NCBI GenBank assembly: GCA_965287045.1
Contig: OZ336895.1
Location: 22,754,001 to 22,818,000, forward strand
Direction: 5' to 3'
DNA length: 64,000 nt
Source of the DNA: Carcharhinus amblyrhynchos
Taxonomy: Eukaryota
Shown: one piece after another, positions 49,631-63,786 of the stretch
How the letters are laid out: each line of letters begins with the position of its first letter
Numbering within the stretch: position 1 is the stretch's first letter
Made by a program: the position numbers and the translations under genes
Notes under the pieces: model-generated
The model's input: only the letters and a program-made list of their open reading frames with translations
What the model was told of the DNA's origin: nothing
Database searches by the model: none

Positions 49631-51924
49631 TGTTTCGCAGGATTGCAAGCTCAGTGAATTAAGGTTTTCAGTGGGAAACTGAGCTTACTAATTGTTCCAT
49701 TGGATGAGCTCACCTTGGAAATAAAATACAGAGAAAATAACTAACTGGCAGCTGATGAGCAAAAAGACCTCCAGCATAAATATTCATTCTTCCCTAAACC
49801 CTAACTGCAAAAAATCAAAGGTGGAATGCTTCAGGATCAGAGCTGACATGCCATGGCATTCAGACTTGTAGCCATGCCCATAAAATGATGTGTTTTTTCT
49901 CATCCTTCCTTAATTTTACCAAACACTTCTAATATTCTTCTCTGCAGTGCTGAGACGCTACCCCATCAAGGTTCAAAGTCCAGGTATCCAATGGGTAATG
50001 TACATACTTCACCAGGGAAAGGACAGTCGCAGCTAGTCCATGGCCACAATTTTATGCCACCTCCCCACTACACCCCCCCAACAAATCTCCCCAGGTGGGC
50101 GGGGACGTAAAACTGCACGGACAGGATTTCCTCTGGGATCCCACCCTTACTGACCCAGATGCAATTTCACAATAGGACAGACAAGGCCTGCCTTTCCCTC
50201 TACTAAGGCCCTTAAGTGGCCATTTACTGTGGGTGTCAGTTGATCAAAGTGCTAAATAGAAAATGATTAAAATCTCAGCAGTATGGGAAGCCCACAATCA
50301 GAAGGCCCCTTCAAAATCCAGAGATGTACAAGTTAGATGGATTAGCCACACTAATATTTTTATTAATTTTTAATTAATTAAATTATTATTTAATTTTTAA
50401 AAAATTAATACTTTGGAGAAAAACAATTCTTTACTGCCCCTGCTTCGGATAAGTTCCAGTTACTGGCAATGCCAGCACCCATGACCACCTATATTTTACC
50501 TTTGTTCGATGTATTTGAAAGTGTTTTCATTTCATGTGGGCTGTTTCCTCACAGCTGAGTGTAACCTATACCACTTAAAATCAATTCCAGAGTTCCCCAT
50601 TTCAGAATTCAGACAAAATTACAGTTTCGTACATCTAGATTCTAGATTATGGTGTAATAGAAACCTACACCAACCTAATTCCAGGGTCTCGTGTGAAGAT
50701 CTAACACAAAATTGTAGAAAAATTGATTTCAGTCAAACAAACTGCAACATCCTCCAACATTGCGATCCCCTCATTACTGCTTCCTATCCCATGACAGGCT
50801 TTACTTCTCTCCAAGATGCCCCATACTAGCCCCAGTTACATTATCAAAACACAAATAATCAGAAATGCTTCTGGAGTTGTGTGTCTGAAACACTTGCAGA
50901 TGTCGTTGCTGATAAAGGAAATCTCAACGCTCTTTCAAGGTCTGTTCTCAAATCATGTAAGAAAAATGCATTTTTCCAAAGGGTTACGGCATGAAATTTA
51001 GATTTGTAGAGCTTACTGTTTGGGTACTATAGGTGGAGTTTGGTGTCTAAGTTTCACCCATGGTGTGCATAACTTTGGAACAAGTCACACCAGATGGAAT
51101 ATTAGTGAGGGCATTACTGTGCACCTGGTAAATGTTTGCCATTATTGTACACTGTACACAAATCATGATACTAATCAATTTACAATAGTGATTTGATACC
51201 AGATGTGCCATATTGAAGCTCAGTGCTCGAGCTCAGTTCTCTCAATCTTGCAAAGTTGAACATGCTCTAAGCAGCAGGACAGATGCCCCACTAGCACCAT
51301 TTTAAAGAGATCATCAACTGCCTTTGGTTAGTTGTTGGTTGATCTATTCCAGTTGTTGCTTTGATTCAACAAGTGTTTAGTGCTTTCCGCAAGGGAGAAG
51401 TATGGAGAGTACTAAAGTAATCTTTGCTATTGCTAGGGCTTCTGAACTAACTAGTTGGTCCAAAACAAGGGTACATTAGTAGCCATTCTCTGGGAATGGA
51501 GTATCGCTTGGAGAATGAACAGGGGCTAGACTTAGCAGGAAAAATTGCTACTGGATGCAGGAGGAGAAAAAGGACAAGGAAGAGAAAAGGTTTCAGCCAC
51601 TGACCAACAAAGCTCCCGATGTGTCAGAAGCTTGAACTCTCAGTTGTGCCATTATTGCATCCTTTTCACCAGCCTTTCCAGCCACAATTACCCAACCCTG
51701 AAAGAGCAACAGGCTAATTTTTATCAGTGAAGGCTAGTTTTAGCTGATGCTGGCCAGTCATCATCATACTGTCCCCCTGCTAAGATGTCGCATCAATCAA
51801 CAGCATCATTAGCCATGCTGAATTCTGAAATCATTCTGAACTCTGAAACAGCAGCAGCATGAAGTTTAGTCTCGCATCATGATCCCTGTGCACAGTTTCA
51901 GGGGCTACCTGAAGATCTCTCACA

Positions 51925-52265
51925 AGGAGGTTTTGAAGCACAGTGGGTGGCGTCCCTACCTCTGGGCTAGAAACTCCAGATTCCAGTTCCACCATTGGAC
52001 TTGATGGCCAAAGAAAGTACATACATAACAGCCGACACATTGAACCTCAATCTGCAAAATCCTTCCACCACATCACAGCTGGCAGTAAGAGCAGGAGAGA
52101 TGCCTGGTTAGCGTCATGCTTGATGCAGAGTGGCACCCTCAAACCATAAGCCTCAGGCTGTAGGCTAGCAACCTGTTCCAGGAAAAACCTCGCAATATGA
52201 ATGGATGAAAGCCTGTCTTGGTGTGGGAAGAGGAAAAACAGCAAACAGATCTCCCACAATGATGT
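51925..52265 (+). mobile_element. tRNA-head SINE (third family)
   Basis: Homologous to 63787-64000 (ggaggttttg..gcacagtg...ttgatggccaaagaaagt...ataac...atccttcca...ggcagtaa...ggagag.t.cctggt). Confidence 0.7.
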
Positions 52266-53126
52266 ATGACAGATGGCATTGTATTATGATAGCCAGAGAT
52301 AAGATTGTTTTGTAAGTCTGTTATTGCCCATATATCTTTACACAGATCAAAATGATTCAGTTGTTTATTGCCTGTTGTAAACAGCAAAATTAACAACCTG
52401 TTCGTAAAGGATGATTTTTCTCTTCCATCCCTTCAACCAGCTCTCTAAAATGTCTGAGGTTTTACAATCCTTGCTTTCAAGGGCAGGAATCCCACAAAAA
52501 TAAACAGTGAATTCATAAATACGTTTTACAAAAACGATAATTGTGGTTGTCATCATTCACCAATGTAACCAAATATACAAGTGTTCTTTACATCAGGTTA
52601 CTTCATTGATATTTTATTGATAATTAGTTATTGATCTAGTAAATTTTAATGAGTAGGACTGTAAATACCCAAAAGGAGAAGACACGCCACTTATGGTGCC
52701 TAAAATTCTTTGGAAACATATTTTGTATTACCATTGTGCTGACAAATGTGGCAATAGGTTTATGTAGCAAGGTATCAGAAACAGCAATGAGATGAATGAT
52801 CATTTAGTCTACTACTGGCACTATTGGTTAAGGAAGGAGGTCACCACAGTGAGAGAATTTATTGAGTAGCAGCATGAGATGCTCAATGTTCTCCTGAGCA
52901 GGCAGTTAAAGCCTTGGTTTAACATTTCATCCAAAGGACATCATCTTGGATAAATAGAGCATTTCCAAAACTTACTTACTTATCTGCCTAAATTTTGAGA
53001 AATTTTAAATGATTGACTTCTACTGCTGTGCCATTGTCAAAGGTCCTGAGTGCCATTATAAATTGTACAGAATCTATCAACATAAAGCTCAACAATATAA
53101 CTAACTCTCAGCGCCACTATAGGTTA

Positions 53127-53143
53127 TTGCCCTCTAGTGGCTG
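53127..53143 (-). promoter_or_regulatory. Candidate CTCF binding motif
   Basis: Minus strand CAGCCACTAGAGGGCAA matches the core CCASYAGRKGGCR. Confidence 0.4.
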
Positions 53144-56078
53144 GGAGCTCTCTGAGGATGACATTGCTCAGCCACCAATTGAGCAATGCAAACATTAGCA
53201 CTAACAGGTGTTTTCTGAATCTATTTTTGTGGATCTGGATCATACGCTGACTCAGCACATATGTTCTCAGTTCCACAGGCTCCTTCAGGAGTATGATGAC
53301 AAGTTCCAGCATTCCCAGGTTACAACAAGAAGTCTGGATCCTTGAAAGCCGATGTCAACATAGAACCTATATATCCTCCACAATGAAGGCAACATATGCC
53401 TAGCTGAGTTGCAAGAAAATGTCATGATCTTGAAAGCTTTGGAGTCTTTGCTCAGCCTGAAGTTGTGGGGCCCACTCTGGGCTACCGAACTGATCATTTC
53501 TCATGAAGAAGCCAAGTGGAGGTTTTTGGCTTCACAGAGTTTGCCAATATTTGGTGCGATAGTAAGTCGTAACCTTCAGTTGTGTCAGATGCTGACTCCA
53601 CCTTATAGAAAATCACCCAGTGAAAACACATCACTTAACACTGCCACTTGCACCATCATTGCCAATGAACAACACAACACCTTGAGGGATTCTGTTCCCT
53701 AGTTGTGCATTGTGCTATGTCCACTGAATGATACCCTGGCTGTCAAAGGAACTGATCCTGCCTCTGGGCTTCCCACGCTGCTCGGAGACAAGTGGTTCAA
53801 AAACACTGCATTGTCATTGAGCTCAAGTGACTGAAAAACTGCAACAACAGCCTGGTAATAGAAAAGGCAACTGGAGCAAATTGCCTAGGATTGCATGGCT
53901 GAGTTCCTATACTATGATCCACATGGAGGATATCAACCCTCTGGCCCTGTCCATCACCACTGCATAACACAATTCATGTCCTCATTCTCAAGGCCTTTCT
54001 ACTCAAAAAATACAGATATGGAGAGACTAGTTCACCAATGTGCAGATTCCCTTGTTCTGATGAAAGGGTTATTGAGACAACACTGGCTTTGTCAGGTCAC
54101 TTACTTCAACAGTCAGAAGTCCAAGGCCAACCAAAGGTTGCAGCCAGTACAGTTATGTTAATGTCCTGGTCTACCTTCATGTCAGTCACAAGACCGCCAG
54201 TGTTATTTGATCTGTAGCACAGCTTATCGAATGAAGACATCTGAACGCTACGTCCCTTCCTTCTGCATGGCTGTGTAATCTGCCCACTTATGGTCATACC
54301 ACCCATGATGAATGCTCCCAGTCTGTCCAGCCTAGTCCTGTGAACCCACTCATCCCGGCTGAGCTATATGCCGTTCATTGCTTTGCTGTAGTGGGAAGTG
54401 GCAGCTATTGCATCAACTATGCAGACTTCTACGATACCTTACACAGTACTCAATCATTGTCATCAGGAAGAATCCCTGAGCTGTCCCCTGATGTAGAGAC
54501 ACTGATCCAGGGCCCTGGTCTTTATCATCTACTGCAGCCATTCAGCTGCCAGCTCAGGCTCCTGATCCTATAGCTCTGGCTTTTAGCATACCTTGTCAGT
54601 CATCTACATGTACTAGTAGCACTGTTCCTTCAGTGACTACTTTAAGATGCTGCAGTCAACAGAAATGTCTCCAGACCATCTACCAAATTTCATACTTCTA
54701 GATTGACACAGGTATTCGGGTGCTGAATAAATCCCAATATCTACAGGTTATTTCACTGTGAAATGTTATCACGAACCCAGGACATGAATCATTTATTGTG
54801 ATTACTAAGCATATCCTTGAACTTCCTTTTGCAAAGACATCTTTATTTCTTGCATAATGTTGCATTCTGTGGCCACATATTTCACTTGTGAGTGCATTTT
54901 ATGCGAGTTTGCTGTTTACATGTATTCATCTTGGATTTTTGTTTTGGGGAAGCAGGGGCATTGTTTCAGACCACTTTTGGCTATTAACCTCTGGTGAGGA
55001 GCCCTGGGGTTCTCTGATGGATGCGGCCATCTTGTCTTACTGTGTTGTGTGTTGTCTCATGGCTGCATTAAGTTCAATATTTCCACTTCAACGCTGTTGG
55101 TGTTGTGATCCTCTCTACAGGCCAATCTGCAAATTAGCATTACCTATCCATACAGACTATCTCCCATAAGTTATTAATAATATAATTCTTATGGGGGTTT
55201 TGACAAGTTTCACATAATAAAATCTGTAACTATGAGTTTTGAATCAGAGCAACAAGTTGCAACAGCAAGTCTCAGGTGGCATCCTGGACTTCATTGGGTT
55301 TCCTTCTGCCTTGAAGGAAGAAACATCATATTGGCTAGAAATTTGTTGCACCTAATTTCCAGTGAAATGCCAAATAACTGGCAGAGCAGAAGCAGCTCCC
55401 AGGAAATTCCTGAGCAATGTTAAAACAAAGCTATATTGTCCAGAGAGTTAAGAAATGCTATGAAAGGCGTTCCTACGGCATTAATAACATATTCACTTGC
55501 ACTATCCACAGTGTAAATTGGGTGAATGCATTTTGTACTATGGTACTGCCTTAAAAACAGATGGGTGAGATCAAATAATTCAGCATTGACTAAACTCAAT
55601 CCCAGCAGTAAAATTAGTTAGTTGTTCTCTGTAAGAAAGGCAGATGGGCTCCCAATGTGGATGGTCTAATCAGAAGCCCTTAGGTTGTGGAATGCTGGCA
55701 GCTGCATCAGGAAATGTGGGTGCTGCTGATTCTTGTTGGAAACAACAAGACGCCTCACAATAGAGGTGATAGCAGAAGCCTGGTGAAAACTTAGAACAGA
55801 AAACATCCACAGCTCGCAGCGTAGGGAGAACCTTCTGCCACTGGGAGGTCACCTCCAAGTACATTTGAGCATCAACATTGGTAGACTCCCCTCGCAATGA
55901 TGGCATTTTGATGGCAATTAGTCCTGAAATGGCCCTAAATGGCTACCTGCTCCTGCCAGATGGGTAGCTGCTGCTACGCTGGCCTTCTTCCGGCCAGAAT
56001 GTTCATCATCAAGGTATCAGAAGCCAACTCAAAATGTTGTCTTTTGATTCATCTCCTGACTCTGCTCCCAAAAACAAC

Positions 56079-56410
56079 TGGAATCATTGAATCCCTACAG
56101 TGCAGAAGAGGCATTGGGCCCATCAAGTCTGTGCACTGACTCTCTGACAGAGTATCTTACCCAGACCCTCCCCCCCTCGCCCTATCCCTGCAATCCCCAC
56201 ATGGTTAATTTTCCTAACCTGCACATCTTGGAACATTAAGGGGCAATTTAGCTTGGCCAATGTACCTAACTTGCACATTTTTGGATTGTTGAAGGAAGCT
56301 AGACCACCCAGAGGAACCCCACACAGACATGGGAAGAATGTGCAAACTTTATTCATGCAGTCACCTAAGACCAGAATTGAACGTGTTAACCAGTATAATC
56401 GTGCTGCCCC
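56079..56410 (-). mobile_element. HE1 SINE
   Basis: Reverse tail gaatcattgaatccctacagtgcag, core, decayed head. Confidence 0.88.
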
Positions 56411-56477
56411 TATCTATGTGGGACAGGAAGGATTCTGTCCATAGCACCAAATAAACAAATATAAAAAATAAAGATAT

Positions 56478-56754
56478 CTCTACAGTGCAGGAAGAGGCCA
56501 TTCAGCCCATCAAGCCTGCACCGACAACAATCCCACCCAGGCCCTATCCTCCATTATCCCATGTACTTACCATGCTAATCTCTATGACACAAAGGGGCAA
56601 TTTAACATGGCCAATCCATCTAACCCACACATCTTTGGTTTATGGGAGGAAACTGGAGCACTGGAGGAAACTCACACAGACAGTGACTCGAAGGCCAGAA
56701 CCGAGCCCGGGTCCCTGGCACTGTGAGACAATAGTGCTAACTAATGTGCCACCC
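56478..56754 (-). mobile_element. HE1 SINE (internally deleted)
   Basis: Reverse tail, core and head (gggtggcacattagttagcact). Confidence 0.88.
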
Positions 56755-56766
56755 ATAAAAACTGTG

Positions 56767-56838
56767 TGAGCCTAACGTGATTTGAACCTGCAACTGTCTG
56801 ATCTGGAGCAAGACGTGCTACTGTTGCGCCACGAATCC
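56767..56838 (-). pseudogene. Decayed tRNA-Trp(CCA)
   Basis: Minus strand GGATTCGTGGCGCAACAGTAGCACGTCTTGCTCCAGATCAGACAGTTGCAGGTTCAAATCACGTTAGGCTCA is colinear over 72 nt with recalled vertebrate tRNA-Trp. CCA anticodon retained, acceptor and other stems carry mismatches. Confidence 0.85.
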
Positions 56839-57529
56839 ATTAAGTGTGCAATGGCAAAAAACATACTCATTGTTACTCCTGGGTATGACAGAGAGTTAGG
56901 CAAAGACATGGCCAACATATTTTCCACTGCATAAATTTGGGAAGGTGCATTGAAATGAGGTAATGTGGCATTATGAATGGCAGCAATGAACCACCATCCA
57001 GGATTGTTAGGTTACGCTGAATCCAGGACAAAGAGTTTTTAGGCACAGTAGCTACTTTAATCAAAAACAGGAACACAGGGCAGATGTCCTCTATTCAACA
57101 AAGTCATAGCATGAATGGAGGCAGCTAGTATCAGACCCTTGCTGCAAGAGCCATTTCCCAGCTCCCTCCAATTCTACCCCTATCTTTGGTAATGCCCTTA
57201 GTGTCAATGTACCGAGCCTTGTGCAAAACTGCCTACAGGCTCTCCATACCATCATTACCATTGGGCTCATGGTCTAGTAATGCAGAATTAATAATTCTGA
57301 ACTGTGATGAGATTTATAACTTGTTTTTAAATTAGAAGACATTTCTTCTCAGATGCTAAGTTCTTTTTTGCCAGTCTCCATGCTCTCTCAAGATCAGATA
57401 CAATGATGAGCACGTGCAACCTGGGAATGGGAGGGACTGCAGATGCACAAGATCATGGTATTACACCTGTCTCACCCACAGAGAAATACTCCTTTAATTT
57501 AGTTAACTTCTGAAGACAAAGGAAATACG

Positions 57530-57775
57530 TATCAATCTGTCCAGGTATTGGCAAATGGTGAGGGGAAAATGTATTTTTTTAATGCAGTGAGTGGTTAGGA
57601 TCTGAAATGCACTATTTGAAAATATGGTGGAGACAGATTCCACTGAAACTGTCAAAACTATCTGCCAAGAACACAAATTGCAGGGCCAAGGGAAAAAGGA
57701 GGGGAGTTGCTCTTGCAGAGTGCAGGTTCAGACATGCTGGGCTGAATAACCTTCTCTATTTAACCATTTTATGAC
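57530..57775 (+). mobile_element. CR1 3' fragment
   Basis: gcagtgagtggttaggatctgaaatgcact...gggctgaataaccttct. Confidence 0.7.
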
Positions 57776-58469
57776 TCGCACCAAGTATAATTAATATTAT
57801 CATATCCTATCTGACATATTTTGCTTCTTTAACATTTGAATCTTATTAAGTATTATTGCAATATATCCTGGTTAAATGAACAGCATAAAGCTCCCTCCTT
57901 CCAATATAATGCATTAGGGTTTGGCAATATTCCATAACATGTAAGAAAGGTGCTCTGATAAACTCCAGTGATGCTTTCTATTATTAATTTACAATACAAA
58001 CTGATCTTTCTCATCTCAAGATCCAGAACTTCACTGTAAGCACATCTAGATGTTTGAATTTTCTCACTGATGGAGTTTTATTATATCATGCTCTTTATAC
58101 GTACACCTTCAAGTATTTGATTCCTCTTTCAAACACTTCAAGGTTTCATCATTGATTTGCTAAAGCTGTAACTGCCTGGAAAAATTGGCATCATCATCAG
58201 TCCAACTGTTGGAATATTAGCTGTTCTATTAATGCACTCCGAAACACTAGTAAGATCAAGTAATCATATCATCTAGATGACAATCAACAGTCCATTATAT
58301 GTGAAAGGTACTATTTAATAAGGTGAGAGAATCCCCAATGACCCATTGATGCAAAGAACGTGCCTGTATCCTGAATGGTTCTTCACACATTAGCTGCCTT
58401 ACTTTGGCAATGTATGCAAAGTATTTGGAAATTAGCAGCTTTGCTTAAGGAGGAGCATTTTTGTTTCGC

Positions 58470-58870
58470 ATATCAGGAGGTTATAGGTTTGAATCTAAAT
58501 CCAGGGATTAAAACCAGATCAATGCTTGCAGATGGCGCAATACTGAGGGAGTGCTGCACCGTCTCTCAGATGAGACAGCGATCCAAAGTCCCATCTGCCT
58601 TCTCAATTCGCATGGAAGACTTCATGGCAGCATTTTGAAGGAGAGAAAGGGCACACTTCTGTGTCCTGGCCAACTTTCCACCCTAAGCTAACACCACTAA
58701 AGCATAAGATTCATTAACACTTGGCTGTTTATGGAACCATGCTATGCAGACTAATTGGTGCTGTGTTTCCCACATTACAACAATTATGACACTTCAACAC
58801 TTCATTGAATGTAAAACACTATGGAGCACCCTAAGATCATGAAAGCTGCTCTGTAAATTGAACACTTTCT
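58470..58870 (+). mobile_element. DeuSINE (SacSINE1/AmnSINE-like) copy
   Basis: atactgagggagtgctgcac...cagatgagac...catggcagcattttgaag...gtgtcctggccaa...ctgtgtttcccacattacaaca. Reverse fragments near 12000-12085, 27895-28035, 36125-36420 and 52780-52960. Confidence 0.75.
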
Positions 58871-59835
58871 TGCTCCCTTTTAAAATAGAACCAGAAACAG
58901 AGAATAACACATTTTGCCATTTGCGTTTTGAAATGTTATTTGGAGTGCTAAATTGGAATATATCTACCTTTTGGATAAAGGATTTACAGAACCTACAATG
59001 CAAACTAGTTATCAAGAGCAAATTAAAAATCTGATGGTCACCAGGACAAACGATAATGATTTTTAAGTAAGAGCATTTTCCTTTCAGCCACTAATTGTGA
59101 TATATTTTAAATAAGTCCCTGTTGTTTAATATCATCCTGCCAGCCATTCATACAGCAACAATAGATTAGTCTATAATGTAGACCATTCTATATCGCTGGC
59201 TGAAGGAGGAGACATATAGAAAAATACAATCATAGGCAAGCTGGAGTAGACAAATAGAAACAAGTAGATTCAAAAATACTTGTTCAAGATAATATGAAAT
59301 GCCAAAAACAAGATTCTGACACCTTGCTGAAGTTGAAAAGACTAGTCATTTTCTTGGAAATTTATCAATTTGATAATATCAATCTGTTTGTGATCAGTTT
59401 CGTTCTGGAGAAGGTTTCTTTCATACTTTCACACAATTTCATAAGAAACCACATCACTGCAATTAATCATATTTGCAAAAGTTGTACCGCTGAACTGCTC
59501 AGTTTTTCAATTTCGGTCATCCTAAACTCATATGGCTGATGAGAGCTGAATGAGTATCTCTTGAAAACAAACAATTGCTACAAATACAAGTCCATATTAT
59601 TTAATTTTGTTTCTTTCACCTAGGAGAAAGTAAAAAAATGTTGAACCACATGTATGATAGGAGAGGCTCAAGGTTCATGGCCACCGTGTCAATTAAGTCT
59701 GCCACCCTCATTTACAGTTTTGTCTCATATCTGTGGATTGACCAAGGTGATCAAATGTGCGCTTTTTTTGGGAGCAGGGGGCTGACACAATGCAAACATC
59801 CACAGCTAACAGGCTCTCCTCTGGCACAGCAGGAA

Positions 59836-60180
59836 GTCATGATGTGGAGATGCCAGCGTTGGACTGGGGTAAACACAATAAGAAGTCCCACCACACCAGG
59901 TTAAAGTCCAACAGGCTTATTTGGTAGCACGAGCCACTAGCTTTCAGAGTGCTGCTCCTTTCACAGGTGAATGGGAGCTCTGTTCACAAACAGGGCATAT
60001 AAAGACACAAACTCAACTTACAAAATAATGGTTGGAATGCGAGTCTTTACAAGTAATCAAATCTTCAAGGTACAGGCAACATGAGTGGAGAGAGGGTTAA
60101 GCACAGGTTAAAGAGATGTGTACTGTCTCCAGCCAGGACAGTTAGTGAGGTTTTGCAAGCCCAGGCAAGTTGTGGGGATT
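59836..60180 (-). mobile_element. Penelope-like element 3' fragment
   Basis: Longest copy of the family, flanked by ACAGCAGGAA (59826-59835 and 60181-60190). Hammerhead-like motif with a mutated core (CTGTGAA). Confidence 0.8.
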
Positions 60181-63100
60181 ACAGCAGGAAACGATACTGT
60201 TACCCACACAACTGTAGAACAGCCTCCAAAGTTAAGGACAGCGTGTGAAACCGAGAGCCCCAGAAGGAAATGGTGTGGGAAACATTGAAAACAGGTAAAC
60301 AAAAAAAAATCATTAAAGTCAAAAGCCTAATTGAGGAAACTGATGACATTGGTTAGCACAGTCTTTTCACGAAAATAATGGTATGAATGTCTCTTTTATC
60401 TGATGCATGGAAAAGGTCCTATAAAATAAGAACTGAAACAAACATATCACACTGAGAGTGGGAGATTTAAATGTTAAGCAGCTTTTGAAATTTAATCTGT
60501 AACTATGAACTGTCACATGAACTTCAATTCTACAAGTCAAGCATTTTTACATGACTCTGTTGAATCAAAGAGTGCACGTGGAGAGTACTGATGAGAGAAA
60601 AAGGACTGTTTGTACTACGTGCAAGTGTCTGATATGAAAACAAGCACTACTTCCATAGTAACCAGAACTAAGTTATCAATCTCACTTATGTCTTCTTGTC
60701 AAAATATGTCCTTAAATCCCTGTTTGCTTTGTAGGTGAAGGATTAAAAAAGATAGGGTTCATTTATAACAATAACTTTATTCAGTGGCTAATAGTCATCA
60801 CAGCAACTAATACCAAAATATCCTTCCCTTCACCATGTGACAGTAAAGAATAAGAGTGACATCTATCCAAGTCTATAACTGCTTAATAAAGTCAGTCAAT
60901 GAAACACTATGGCCTTTCCATCGTCATGTAAATGGTGGTGGAGGAGGCTGAAAAATGGAAGTCGCGCCCCTGAACACATCACCTACTATTTTCGTGGGGG
61001 AGGGCTTGGGGTTAGCTTGAGATTTTCATTTGCTCATTTTGTGGAGGCAGTTGTCCATATAAAGAAACAGTCTCCAATCTTGTCTGATTTTTATTTGCCT
61101 GAGATGAGAAACATGACTTGGGCAGATTGGAGCTCATAGGAATAGATCTAAGCTTTACAGGGCCTTTTGGACAGATAGAGCACTCCTTTGGATATAGTCC
61201 TGGGATACCTTTGAGAGAGGTAAGTTGCTCTTTGAGGGTGGTAAGGTGCCTTTAGGCTTATTAAACTTGGATACCTATGTGCATAAAAAGTGCAGAAACT
61301 CATTGGAACTGTCAAAAGGAAACGTCAAAATCAACTGACTGATAAGACTTTTAAAATTCATGCCCTTTAAATTGTTGAAAAAATGCTCTGTTAAATGTTT
61401 TATATAAAAAGCATGCTTGCTTGCTATTTCACTCTGTTTGACAATATAATCTAGAGGGCTATCAATGGTGCATGAGTAATTTCACCACCTTTGGGGTGCC
61501 TGCTATTTTGCAGTTTGATTCATAGCTACAGGTGGTTACAAACTTTTTGAAGTGCGTCTATGAATTCCAATGTTCGCTTTTATAAAAAATTAAGCACTTA
61601 AATTATATATTTGTTTTATAAAGGATTAGGTAGTTGAAGGAACGTAAATGCATTAAATGGGTTTATGAAATGCGAGTGCTTCTTTTAATAGTCTTAGAAC
61701 TTTCTTCAGTCTCAGCATGGCTGGTCACTGGATGAATTGGCATGAAGGGTGAAGGGTGGAGGGGATGAGTTAGCACTAAGTTGTCGTGACAGTGTGTAGA
61801 ATGGCATAGATTGGCACAGAGGGTATGAAGGGCCGTGGGGGTAGATAAAAGACATGAGGTGGCTTGAATGGGGCATGGGGAGTGTGTGGAAGTGGTGAGA
61901 GCTGTTCTCCTCTTTAACTGCTTTAAATCAAAATCTTGGGCAAAGTGCTAATGCTCCAAAGCAGTTTTTCTATTCAGCCTATATCCACACTTGGCAGCAT
62001 TTGCAATGGGGTCATCTGCCACAACTCCCATTTTTGGTCCCACTCCGGGACCAAAAATTCAAAGTTCTGAAACAGTTTATTCTACTTTGGGTTTGTGGAG
62101 CTGGAACTGTACCGACTCTATGTACCTGATCGGGGGAGTGAAAATTCAGGCTAGGATTTCAGGCTAGGAAAATTCAGTCCAAAAACCACATACATGAAGA
62201 GAGTAAAATTTTCTGCTTAATTCTGCAAAAGTGAATTCCTAGAATGTGACGAAAATAGAGAAGCTATCTGTCAGCATCAGCAAACCACAACAGAGAATCT
62301 GGCATGGACTGCTCACTAATTTGAACAAAATTAAGTGTCATAATATTTCAGCAAATACCCTCACTCAGCCAATGACTACAGTAGTGAAGCAGGCCTTGGC
62401 ACTGTTTTGAGATTAATATGCTGCATATCGTATTCAAACTCACTCATAAATGATGATGAAGATATGCATTTATTCTATATCTCTATTAATAGGTATGATC
62501 ACATCTTTAAATTAAATGTTAATAAGTGGTTTTCAAACATTATATGGTTACACAATTATTACAGTGTGCTATTGCTAACCACGATGATTCCAGAATTAGG
62601 CCTGGGAAGAATTAGGTCACTTGTGAAATCTGGGAATTTTCTATGTTTGAGGTTGAGGCTCAGGCATAAGGGGGGGGTGAACAGTGTTGCTACCAATTCA
62701 TGTTACATCTGATTTTAACAACTTATGACTTCCATCTGATTTAAAGAGGAAATGAAGCTGCTTTAATCAGAATCACACAGTGCAGAAGAAGCCCGCTCGC
62801 CCATCAAGGAACAACCCTCAACCCTCCCACACAATCCCTATGCCCGAACCATGCCACCTCATGTCATCTACTCACTCCCCATGACCCCTCATAACCTTGG
62901 AAAAAAATACCTGACCCATCTACCAACTTAAGTGTTTGCTAATTCCTAAGAAATAACAGTGAAAGGAGACTTATTACTATGCTTATGTTGATATTACAGA
63001 TACAGACAGCACAACCCATCCAAAAAATAAATCTCCCATGCATACATCCAAGGAAAAGGGACACATGTTAAAATACAGCAATCAGAAATAAGTTCGAGGG

Positions 63101-63786
63101 AGAAATCGAAGTGTTGATTTTAACTTGGGGTGTAATTGTGGCAGCAAACCATCCAGGCTGCCATGTGCTCCAAGAGTTTTTAAACACAGGTTGGGTCTTG
63201 AAGCTGAAGGGGTCGAAGCAGGCCGTGAATCACCCAGCCCCACTCTGAAGTGCATGGCCTCATTCAAAATTCCCAATTCCTGCCCATAACCATTTGGAAC
63301 AACAGGAAGGCTGGCAGGGAAGTGTGGCAAATTGGCTGACTGCAGGCTGTAACTGGGAAACCAAAGCAAATGATCCCCAATGAGATGACTGAGGAAGGGA
63401 TGGGATCCGTCACTCAGTGCCAGAAGAGGTAAGGGAACTGCATCCAAAAGTTGAGGTGGCACAAGGTTGGTTCGTTGCTCCACAAGGAGCAACTCTCAAC
63501 AACTTGAAAGTTTTCCACATACCTGGGCAGTGTCTAGCCCAATGCTGCTGGCTACTTATCTTTGCTGTTGCTTGAGTCTCTGAGTTAAATTGGCATGAGA
63601 CTCCAAATAAGGGATCTGAGTTAGTGCTATTGGAAGCTTCGTGACGGATGGCCCTCACACTCTCAAAAACTTGTATGTTTAACCATTTTAATCCCCCTAA
63701 CCCATTCCCCGTGGATGGGCAGGATTAAAATTAAGCCTCAAGTCTCAAGAGTTTTTTATTTTTCACAAGATTCAATTATATAAACT

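Noticed and set aside
56767-56838. Functional tRNA-Trp
   Set aside because: Acceptor and anticodon stems have several mismatches, so it is treated as a pseudogene.
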